This document shows, one piece after another, positions 50,109 through 59,282 of a stretch of 64,000 nt of DNA. The translations under genes were made by a program, and so were the position numbers. The stretch is taken from NCBI GenBank assembly GCA_017303675.1, contig JAFLBX010000002.1, forward strand, positions 1,300,411-1,364,410. The letters are read 5' to 3'. Source of the DNA: Ignavibacteria bacterium (GTDB taxonomy: Bacteria; Bacteroidota; Ignavibacteria; Tepidaquicellales; OLB5). The notes under the pieces are model-generated. The model made no database searches, was not told the DNA's origin, and saw nothing but the letters and a program-made list of their open reading frames with translations. The stretch's first letter is position 1; every line of letters starts with the position of its first letter.

Positions 50109-51098
50109 CTATTTTATTAAAACCATTTTTTTAGAGTCTGTAAAGACGTCCCGCTGGGTTTTCTCGACCTTTAACTTATAATAATAAACACCACTGGGAT
50201 ATGATGATGCGTCCCATTCTGCTTCGTAAATGCCGGGCTGTAACTGCTGATTTACAAGGATTGCTAACTCTTTACCGAGGGCATCATATACAATCAGTCT
50301 TGTAGAGATGGCCCCGTGGGTCGTTTCATTTTGCGGTATACTGAATTTAATTTTTGTAACCGGGTTGAATGGGTTTGGATAGTTTTGGGATAAGGAAAAT
50401 TTTTCAGGAATTTCTGTGCTAACGGGAATTACACCAACAGGAAAAGTTGTATCGCCGTATAATTGGCCGTTAATTATACACCCCTTAAGAACTTCTTCAG
50501 TATATGTCATCATTCCCTGGCTTCGTGAATAGACCTTACCTATTCCTCTTGCATAAACATGATATCCATAAGCTTCAAAATAATTTGTCCAGCCGAAGCT
50601 TTCAGATATGTAGGTTTGATTTAAAAAATTGTACGTACCGCGTGTGTGTGTGTACCATGAGCCCCCGGTAGAGCCGATGCAATACGTAAAAGCAGAATCA
50701 TTAACAGGTGTATTCAGACTGTCATTCAAACACTCAGAAGTATCATTACCCGATATATAAAGTGAATAGAAATTTCCTGTTAATGAATCTATTCTTAAAA
50801 AACTGTATCCTGATGTGTATTGATTGGTATAAATAATATAAGAATCGATTTTCATTTTATAATACAGGTGATTTCTGATTACCTGGGTACCCGTTATTAA
50901 TGCTGATATATATCCTGATCCTGGAGTGTAGTTACGATACAGGTTCCATGACCAGCGGTTTCCAACATTTAATGGATAATAGTTAAAGATACTGCTGTCA
51001 ATTACAGCCTTAATGCTGCTTTCCTGATGCGCATAAATTTCCGGAGATTTGCCATGTAGGGTAAATCCGAGTAAAATGATGACAAGGTATTTCATCAC
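50109..51098 (-). CDS. T9SS cargo of unknown function (paralog A3), two palindrome-derived inserts in its CTD
   Basis: YYPLNVGNRW, RIDS, GCIINGQLYGDT; CTD. Confidence 0.8.
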   Translation of the reverse strand: MMKYLVIILLGFTLHGKSPEIYAHQESSIKAVIDSSIFNYYPLNVGNRWSWNLYRNYTPGSGYISALITGTQVIRNHLYYKMKIDSYIIYTNQYTSGYSFLRIDSLTGNFYSLYISGNDTSECLNDSLNTPVNDSAFTYCIGSTGGSWYTHTRGTYNFLNQTYISESFGWTNYFEAYGYHVYARGIGKVYSRSQGMMTYTEEVLKGCIINGQLYGDTTFPVGVIPVSTEIPEKFSLSQNYPNPFNPVTKIKFSIPQNETTHGAISTRLIVYDALGKELAILVNQQLQPGIYEAEWDASSYPSGVYYYKLKVEKTQRDVFTDSKKMVLIK

Positions 51099-51207
51099 AC
51101 CTCCTTATTTAGAGTGGTTAAGTAAATATAATCATTAATTTAAAAAATTATCACTCTATATTAGGTCACTGCGGGAACTATTGACTTACAAAACTTATTA
51201 TATTATT

Positions 51208-51234
51208 TTAGCACTCACAGTTAGCGAGTGCTAA
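51208..51234 (+). promoter_or_regulatory. CIRCE element (HrcA operator) upstream of groES
   Basis: Exact TTAGCACTC-N9-GAGTGCTAA; TTGACT at 51181 as candidate -35. Confidence 0.95.
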
Positions 51235-51290
51235 CTAATACCTGACAAACATATTTACATAATAATCAATAATTTAGGAGGATTCTAAAA

Positions 51291-51578
51291 ATGAATTTAA
51301 AGCCACTTGGAGACAGGGTTATTGTAAAACCTAAAGCTCCCGAAGAAGTTACAAAAGGCGGTATTATTTTACCTGATACAGCCCAGGAAAAACCTATGGA
51401 AGGTGAAGTTGTTGCAATTGGAAACGGCAAATCAGATGATAACGGAAAAAGAATTGCTATGGATCTGAAAGTCGGTGATAAAGTATTATACGGCAAATAC
51501 AGCGGCACAGAAGTTAAAATAAACGATGAAGAATATTTAATAATGCGCGAAAGCGATGTTTACGCTGTTATAGGTTAA
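51291..51578 (+). CDS. groES: Co-chaperonin GroES
   Basis: [32 protein letters not shown]. Confidence 0.98.
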   Translation: MNLKPLGDRVIVKPKAPEEVTKGGIILPDTAQEKPMEGEVVAIGNGKSDDNGKRIAMDLKVGDKVLYGKYSGTEVKINDEEYLIMRESDVYAVIG

Positions 51579-51589
51579 TTAACAAAAAA

Positions 51590-51666
51590 GCAATGTCACC
51601 CTGAGCGGAGTCGAAGGGTCATTGCAGAAGACCCTGAAAACTTCTGAAAGTCAGGCAAGTTCAGGG
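51590..51666. repeat. Two hairpins in the groES-groEL spacer, first is a GTCACCCTGAGCGGAGTCGAAGGG-type repeat
   Basis: GCAATG..ACCCT-N12-AGGGT-CATTGC; CCCTGAA-N21-TTCAGGG. Confidence 0.6.
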
Positions 51667-51695
51667 AAACAAAAACTTGAAAATAAGGAGACTAA

Positions 51696-53351
<1,656 letters not shown>

Positions 53352-53377
53352 TTCAATTTAGAAATGATTTACGAATT

Positions 53378-53404
53378 AAACCCCGGCACTTGCCGGGGTT
53401 TTTT
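53378..53404 (+). terminator. groEL terminator
   Basis: CCCCGGCA-CT-TGCCGGGG followed by T6. Confidence 0.9.
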
Positions 53405-53443
53405 ATTATAAGACTTCAAAAGTCTTATGATAAATCTTATTCA

Positions 53444-53498
53444 TGTAGGTCGAATCGCTGATTCGACTAAAATACGCGAAACAGCGTTTCGCGTTACA
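53444..53498. repeat. Inverted doublet of GTAR-type palindromes (REPIN-like)
   Basis: TGTAG-GTCGAATC-GCT-GATTCGAC ... CGCGAAAC-AGC-GTTTCGCG-TTACA. Confidence 0.75.
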
Positions 53499-53518
53499 AA
53501 TACAATCCTATAATCATG

Positions 53519-54988
53519 TTAATCATGGTTCCGTTTTCTTGGCACATACTCACCGTTTGATTCAATTGCTCTTGCATACTCGCTGTTCCAGCTTTTATAA
53601 AAGATGTCACGCGCTCTCTGCGTAAACTTTTCGCTTTCCACAACCAATCCAACATTTCGTGATTCATAAAAATAATCATGGCTCATGTTGCTTGTGCCTA
53701 TCCATGTGTAACTATCTGCTGTAATGAATTTACAATGCTCTACCCTTGCATACGGAATAAATCCGCCTGAATAGTCAGGTATAGAAGTATATCTCACTTC
53801 AAAATTTGGATATTTGATAAGCTCTTTAAAATGCTCAACAGCGGTTTTGCTTAAATTCCAGTCTGATACCAGCAGCTTTACCTTCACACCCCTTTTAGTT
53901 GCATTAATCAGAGCGGTATCAACTTCTTCCCAGTAGCCATCTTTTGTTACGGGATTATATGAGAGGAATTGTAAAGTAATTTCATTGGCAGCATAATTTA
54001 TCATAAATATGATCTCTTCAAGATCTTTATCTCCGTTAATATGGTAAAACTCTTTTGGACTTATTGTTGGTTTTACGTGTATTGAATCTCCATAAATACT
54101 TTTTAATATCCTGCAATATGGTTTATTTATAGTATAAATTGGCAGATCCCAGCTTTTGCCGTCATTTATTTCTGAATACTTCCAATCCTCGTTAAATATA
54201 TCTGAATATATTTTGATAAGATCCCTGTCTCCTGAAATTCTTATACCAAGCTCATGAATATGTTTTAATGCCCGCCAGTCAAAATTTTGCGAGCCAATGA
54301 AAACTTCACTGTCATCAACGATAAAGAATTTCGCATGCTGTATTCCCCCGGCAAGCGATTTAAAATCTATTACATGTTTAGTTATGTTTTGTGATTGTTG
54401 TTCCAGCCATGTTACATCATCAGGATATGTCCTGAACATTTCACCATCAACTATTATACGGACTATTACTCCCCTATTAGCAGCAGCAACAATTGCATTC
54501 AGCACTGTATCAAGCGGCTCGCCTTTTTCATTTGAGATATAGAATTGCTCTATATCAAGGGTTTTTTGGGCGGAGTTTATCATTTCCAGCCATACTTCCT
54601 GGGTGTTGCGGATATCGGGATTATCAAGTGTAGTCTCAACGGGAATGCTTTCAACAAGCTCAATATTATTTTCCTGAGAATATAATACTGAGCAAATTAA
54701 TACTATTGAAAGTACAACTTTTGCGAGTGAAGTATTGAGCCTGCGAAATACGAAGCGAAGCAATCCTATTAATAAAGCGTTATATGGATAAGATTGCTTC
54801 CCCAACGGGGTAAACGTCGCTTTGCTCCTCGCAAATAAGTTTATTTTTGCGAGGAATAAATCGAGCTTGCGAGATTTATTCCGAAGCAATCTCATTTGAA
54901 TAAAATTGTTATTTAATATCATGGGTTCTATCATGCTAAAGATTCCCGCCTTCGCGCCTGCCTGCAGCAGGCAGGGGAATAAAGTCAT
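53519..54988 (-). CDS. Phospholipase D superfamily protein (PLD3/4-like), secreted; true start uncertain
   Basis: Two HKD motifs (HAKFFIVD, HCKFITAD); LVESIP, IGSQNFDWR; first ~90 codons are repeat-derived. Confidence 0.85.
   Translation of the reverse strand: MTLFPCLLQAGAKAGIFSMIEPMILNNNFIQMRLLRNKSRKLDLFLAKINLFARSKATFTPLGKQSYPYNALLIGLLRFVFRRLNTSLAKVVLSIVLICSVLYSQENNIELVESIPVETTLDNPDIRNTQEVWLEMINSAQKTLDIEQFYISNEKGEPLDTVLNAIVAAANRGVIVRIIVDGEMFRTYPDDVTWLEQQSQNITKHVIDFKSLAGGIQHAKFFIVDDSEVFIGSQNFDWRALKHIHELGIRISGDRDLIKIYSDIFNEDWKYSEINDGKSWDLPIYTINKPYCRILKSIYGDSIHVKPTISPKEFYHINGDKDLEEIIFMINYAANEITLQFLSYNPVTKDGYWEEVDTALINATKRGVKVKLLVSDWNLSKTAVEHFKELIKYPNFEVRYTSIPDYSGGFIPYARVEHCKFITADSYTWIGTSNMSHDYFYESRNVGLVVESEKFTQRARDIFYKSWNSEYARAIESNGEYVPRKRNHD
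54719..54892. repeat. Three arms of the TTTGCGAG...GAAGCAATC repeat family inside the PLD 5' region
   Basis: Arms at 54719-54766, 54791-54835 (inverted), 54845-54892. Confidence 0.8.
54941..54980. repeat. Nested palindromes: CCTGCCTGC-A-GCAGGCAGG inserted in GATTCCCGCCTTCGCG/GGAAT
   Basis: Removing 54957-54975 restores ATTCCCGC-CTTC-GCGGGAAT. Confidence 0.8.
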
Positions 54989-55713
54989 TACTTCCTTGGA
55001 TTTGTAGGTCTTACCTCGATCTCGTGCAGAGTCGCATTTTCAGGCAGCGATGCTGCCAAAAGAATGGTTTCGGCTATATCTTCAGCCTGGAGTACTGATT
55101 CTTTCCTTGAAGAAAGCGAAGTTTGTGAGTCAGCCCTGAAAAATTCCGTGGCAACGCTTCCCGGGCAAACTGCGCATACGCGGATATTATACTGCCTTAC
55201 TTCAAGCATCAATGCGCGGCTTAAGCCCATTACTGCATGTTTGGATGCGCAGTAAATTGAGCCTGTTGCAAATCCCTGCTTGCCTGCGACTGATGCAATA
55301 TTTATAATTGTGCCGGATTGTTCTTTTATCATGTGAGGCAAAAAGCCTTTGGTGATAAGATATAATGAACGTACATTTGTATTGAATACAGAGTCAAAAT
55401 CTTCAAGTTTGGAATCAACCAGATTATCAAAGATACCGAATCCTGCATTATTAACAAGTATGTCTATTCTGCCATGATTGCCAATAGTTTCCTCAATTAC
55501 TTTATTTATTGTTTCCTCTTTGGAAATATCACCCGCAATAACGGAAATATTATCTTTGTAACTTTTATTTTCAGCGATTAACAGCTCGAGGTCAGACTTA
55601 TTCCTGGAAGTTAGCACAACCTTTGCGCCTTCTTTTAAAAACAGCTCCGCTGTTGCTTTGCCAATTCCTTTACCTGCGCCGGTAATTACTGCTATTTTGT
55701 TCTGTAGTTTCAT
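54988..55713 (-). CDS. Short-chain dehydrogenase/reductase (likely start MKLQNK at 55713)
   Basis: TGAGKGIG, NNAG, YCASK. Confidence 0.9.
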   Translation of the reverse strand: MKLQNKIAVITGAGKGIGKATAELFLKEGAKVVLTSRNKSDLELLIAENKSYKDNISVIAGDISKEETINKVIEETIGNHGRIDILVNNAGFGIFDNLVDSKLEDFDSVFNTNVRSLYLITKGFLPHMIKEQSGTIINIASVAGKQGFATGSIYCASKHAVMGLSRALMLEVRQYNIRVCAVCPGSVATEFFRADSQTSLSSRKESVLQAEDIAETILLAASLPENATLHEIEVRPTNPRK

Positions 55714-55992
55714 GACGTAATTTAATTTACAAATACTTTCGACTAAAGGAAGTGAACAGAAAACTAAAATTTCTTTCAAAATGAAAAAATACAGCTCTTT
55801 GTTTTATTATGGTTAGCTCCGCTCTTCAGAGCGGAGGAACAAAATAATCCGAAAAAAATGCGGCTTTAGCCGCCATTCCACAATCAACAATCCAAAATAA
55901 TCATCAATTAATTGCGGTTAAAGCCGCTTTGGTAAAAGATCTCTTAAATCCACGAGCTAAAGCTCGTGGCAAATCAATTACAATTAAATATT

Positions 55993-56700
55993 TTACAGAT
56001 CCCCTTTGATCGGTTTGATAATAACATCCTCTATCACAACCTTTTTTGGCTGGCTTGCAACAGCGTAAGTTATATCAGCAACTTCACGCGGAGTCATCAT
56101 CCTGTTGGCGGATTTCTGTCTGACAGCGGGACTCCACATAGGTGTATCAGTAGCTCCAGGCATAATGTTGGATATCTTTATATTGAATTTCCTGACCTCA
56201 GCTCTTAAGCCGTTGAACATTGCAAGCATTCCGGCTTTTGAAGCCGCATAAGCAGAGCTGTTGGTAAATACGGTATGCGCAGCAACACTGAGAATATTGA
56301 TAATATGCCCGCGTTTTTTCTTCATCATTATCGGCAGCACTGTACGTGCCATCAAATATCCGCCGCGAAGGTTGGTTTCAATGATATCGTCAAATTCCGG
56401 TGGTTTTGTATCTATAAAGGATTTAAATGCAGTAATTGATGCATTATTGATAAGAATATCAATAGTGCCGCACTTTTCAAGTATCTTTTTCTTTGTGCTT
56501 ATAATGCTGCGCTCTGAGCGGACATCGCATACAAAAGCGTAAGCTTCGTGTCCCGCAAAACGTATCTCGTTCACAAGGCTGACAAGCCTTGATTTCCTTC
56601 TTGCAGTTGCAACAATAATATAACCTGATTTTGCAAATACCTTGGCAAGCTCAAAACCTATACCGGTTGAAGCGCCGGTGATCCATACTACCCGGTTCAT
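55993..56700 (-). CDS. Short-chain dehydrogenase/reductase
   Basis: TGASTGIG, NNAS, YAASK. Confidence 0.9.
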   Translation of the reverse strand: MNRVVWITGASTGIGFELAKVFAKSGYIIVATARRKSRLVSLVNEIRFAGHEAYAFVCDVRSERSIISTKKKILEKCGTIDILINNASITAFKSFIDTKPPEFDDIIETNLRGGYLMARTVLPIMMKKKRGHIINILSVAAHTVFTNSSAYAASKAGMLAMFNGLRAEVRKFNIKISNIMPGATDTPMWSPAVRQKSANRMMTPREVADITYAVASQPKKVVIEDVIIKPIKGDL

Positions 56701-56734
56701 AAATTATAATTTAGTTCAACATATTGCTTGTACT

Positions 56735-58315
56735 CTAATACTCACCCCAGACACCGCGGAGAGTATTGGAAATCTCGCCAATAGAACAATAACTTTCAAC
56801 ACATTTCAGGATATACGGCAGCATGTTATCATTGCCTTCGGCTGCTTTTTTCAACCCATCCAGGTCGCGTTTTACTTCATCGTTGTTTCTTTCTGCTTTT
56901 ACTTTTTTCAGCTTTTCTACTTGTAGCTTTCCGATAGCTTCATCAATATGCATCAGGTTAAGCTTTTCAGGGTGATCTTCATCAACAAATTTATTCACGC
57001 CAACAATTACGCGCTCACCTGATTCAATTTCCTTCTCAAATTCATATGCGCTGTTCGCAATTTCATCCTGCTGGAAATTAAGTTCAATGCATTTAACTGC
57101 CCCGCCTATTTCATCAATTTTATTCAGGTAGTCCCATGCCCCTTTTTCTATCAGGTCGGTAAGATACTCAATGTAATATGAACCTGCAAACGGGTCAACT
57201 GTATCGGCTATTCCGCTTTCATATGCTATTACCTGCTGAGTGCGTAATGCGGTTGTAACGGAATCCTCAGTTGGCAATGCAAGAGCTTCATCTTTTGAAT
57301 TTGTGTGAAGTGACTGGCAGCCACCGAAGACTGCCGCCATTGCCTCAATGGTAGTGCGGATAACGTTATTTTCAACCTGCTGCGCCGTCAGGGATGATCC
57401 TGCAGTCTGGCAATGGAAACGCAGCATCATGCTCTTTTCGCTTTTTGCATTAAAGCGCTCTTTCATTATTTTTGAATAAATCCTTCTGGCAGCGCGGTAT
57501 TTTGCTACTTCTTCAAGAAGGTTTATCTGCCCGTTAAAGAAAAATGAAAGCCTTGAAGCGAATTTATCTACATCAAGTCCTGCTTTAACTGCTGCTTCGA
57601 TATATGCAATTGCATCCGCAAGCGTAAATGCAACTTCCTGCACGGCATTGCTGCCGGCTTCGCGGATGTGATAACCGCTGATTGATATTGTATTCCAGCT
57701 TGGTAAGTTCTCATTGCACCATGCAAAAATATCTGTGATTAGCCTCATGGAGTGTTTAGGAGGATAAATATATGTACCCCTTGCAATGTATTCTTTCAGA
57801 ACATCATTCTGGATAGTTCCGCTTATCTTTTTAAGGTCAGCTCCCTGTTTTTTGGCAATTGCAACATACATACAAAGCAGCACCGCTGCGGTTGCGTTGA
57901 TCGTCATTGAAGTGCTGATCTTTTCAAGTGTGATACCGTCAAATAGGATCTCCATATCCTTAAGTGTATCTATAGCAACGCCAACTTTTCCTATTTCTCC
58001 TTCGGCAATAGGTTCATCACTATCATAGCCTATTTGTGTAGGAAGGTCAAATGCTATGCTTAAGCCTGTTGTTCCCTGTTCCAAAAGGAATTTATACCGT
58101 TTGTTCGATTCTTCAGCAGAGCCGAAGCCGGCGTATTGCCTCATAGTCCAGAACTTGCTGCGGTACATTTGTTCATGCACACCGCGTGTAAACGGATATT
58201 TTCCCGGGTCGCCAAGCTTAGTTTTGTATTCTTCGGTATTTTGTGAAATAAATGCAGGGATATCTATAGCTGAATCTGTTAAGAATTTTTCTTTTCTGTT
58301 TTTGAATTCTTTCAT
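56735..58315 (-). CDS. Methylmalonyl-CoA mutase family, substrate-binding (N-terminal) subunit of a split enzyme
   Basis: [49 protein letters not shown]; no DxHxxG B12 domain. Confidence 0.92.
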   Translation of the reverse strand: MKEFKNRKEKFLTDSAIDIPAFISQNTEEYKTKLGDPGKYPFTRGVHEQMYRSKFWTMRQYAGFGSAEESNKRYKFLLEQGTTGLSIAFDLPTQIGYDSDEPIAEGEIGKVGVAIDTLKDMEILFDGITLEKISTSMTINATAAVLLCMYVAIAKKQGADLKKISGTIQNDVLKEYIARGTYIYPPKHSMRLITDIFAWCNENLPSWNTISISGYHIREAGSNAVQEVAFTLADAIAYIEAAVKAGLDVDKFASRLSFFFNGQINLLEEVAKYRAARRIYSKIMKERFNAKSEKSMMLRFHCQTAGSSLTAQQVENNVIRTTIEAMAAVFGGCQSLHTNSKDEALALPTEDSVTTALRTQQVIAYESGIADTVDPFAGSYYIEYLTDLIEKGAWDYLNKIDEIGGAVKCIELNFQQDEIANSAYEFEKEIESGERVIVGVNKFVDEDHPEKLNLMHIDEAIGKLQVEKLKKVKAERNNDEVKRDLDGLKKAAEGNDNMLPYILKCVESYCSIGEISNTLRGVWGEY

Positions 58316-58517
58316 GTTACTTACCTTCTTTTGTCTTATGGGTATAGTTCATAAATTTTCATAACAAAAATAGCTAAAATAGCTCATAAATAATATGATT
58401 AAGATTAGGTTTTAACTTAACTTATGAAATTTGTTAATTAAACCTATTGGATTAAAAGCAAAAAATCTATATCTTTGCCTTAATAAATCCATATCAAAAA
58501 CCTAAATTTTTAAAGCT

Positions 58518-59081
58518 ATGAATAAAAAATTTCTCGGAGCAGCGGCACTTGTTGTAATTTTCGCTTTCGGTTTTCTATATCTTAACCAGTCTTATTTAAT
58601 AGCTAATGATAAAGACGGTAAAGATTGCAGCAAAGAATGCACATCAAGCGCAGGCGATAAATCAGGCTGTGATAAAACAGCGGCTATTGAATCATCAGGC
58701 GATAAAACAGGCTGCGATAAATCAAAATGCGGCGATAACAGCAATATTAAAGCAGGCGGCGAGTTTTCAAGCTACCAGTTCGTTACAGATAAAGTAACCT
58801 GCGAAGATTCAAAAGCAGATCTGCAGAAGAATTTATTAAGTATTGCAGGCGTTAAGGAAGTATCATTCGGCTCAACTTGCAATGTTTCAAAAATGACAAA
58901 CGTAACAATAATGTATGCAGCAGGTGAAACCAATGAAGAAACTCTGGCTGCTTCATTAAAAGAAAAGAATATGGATTGCTCAGGTAAAACCGGCTGCAAT
59001 AAAGAAGGAAAAAATTCCGGCGATAACAGCAAAGAATGCCCAAGCAAAAACAAAAAATCAAGCGATTCAAAACAGCTTTAA
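58518..59081 (+). CDS. Cys-rich exported/membrane-anchored protein with an HMA-like domain
   Basis: N-terminal hydrophobic helix; GDKxGCDK repeats; VTCEDS...IAGVKEV ferredoxin-like pattern. Confidence 0.6.
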   Translation: MNKKFLGAAALVVIFAFGFLYLNQSYLIANDKDGKDCSKECTSSAGDKSGCDKTAAIESSGDKTGCDKSKCGDNSNIKAGGEFSSYQFVTDKVTCEDSKADLQKNLLSIAGVKEVSFGSTCNVSKMTNVTIMYAAGETNEETLAASLKEKNMDCSGKTGCNKEGKNSGDNSKECPSKNKKSSDSKQL

Positions 59082-59103
59082 TTTATTATTAAAGAAAGTT
59101 TTT

Positions 59104-59135
59104 AAAAAGGAGATTGGCAACAATCTCCTTTTTTT
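59104..59135 (+). terminator. Terminator
   Basis: GGAGATTG-GCAA-CAATCTCC followed by T7. Confidence 0.85.
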
Positions 59136-59144
59136 ATGCGCTTT

Positions 59145-59211
59145 TGTAAGTCGAATCCCCGATTCGACTACAATTTAATTACTTAGACTCGAATCGGCGT
59201 TTCGAGTTACA
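59145..59211. repeat. Second inverted doublet of GTAR-type palindromes
   Basis: TGTAA-GTCGAATC-CCC-GATTCGAC-TACA ... ACTCGAATC-GGC-GTTTCGAGT-TACA. Confidence 0.75.
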
Positions 59212-59282
59212 TTAGAGGCTCACACTTTTCTCTTTTAACCCTATCATTATTTAGCTAAATTTGAATACTAAACAACTACATT

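Noticed and set aside
45597-51098. Diversity-generating retroelement as source of cargo variability
   Set aside because: No reverse transcriptase and no template/variable repeat pair differing only at adenines was seen
56735-58315. Methylmalonyl-CoA mutase as a truncated pseudogene
   Set aside because: Split enzymes with a separate B12-binding subunit are well known; the ORF is intact
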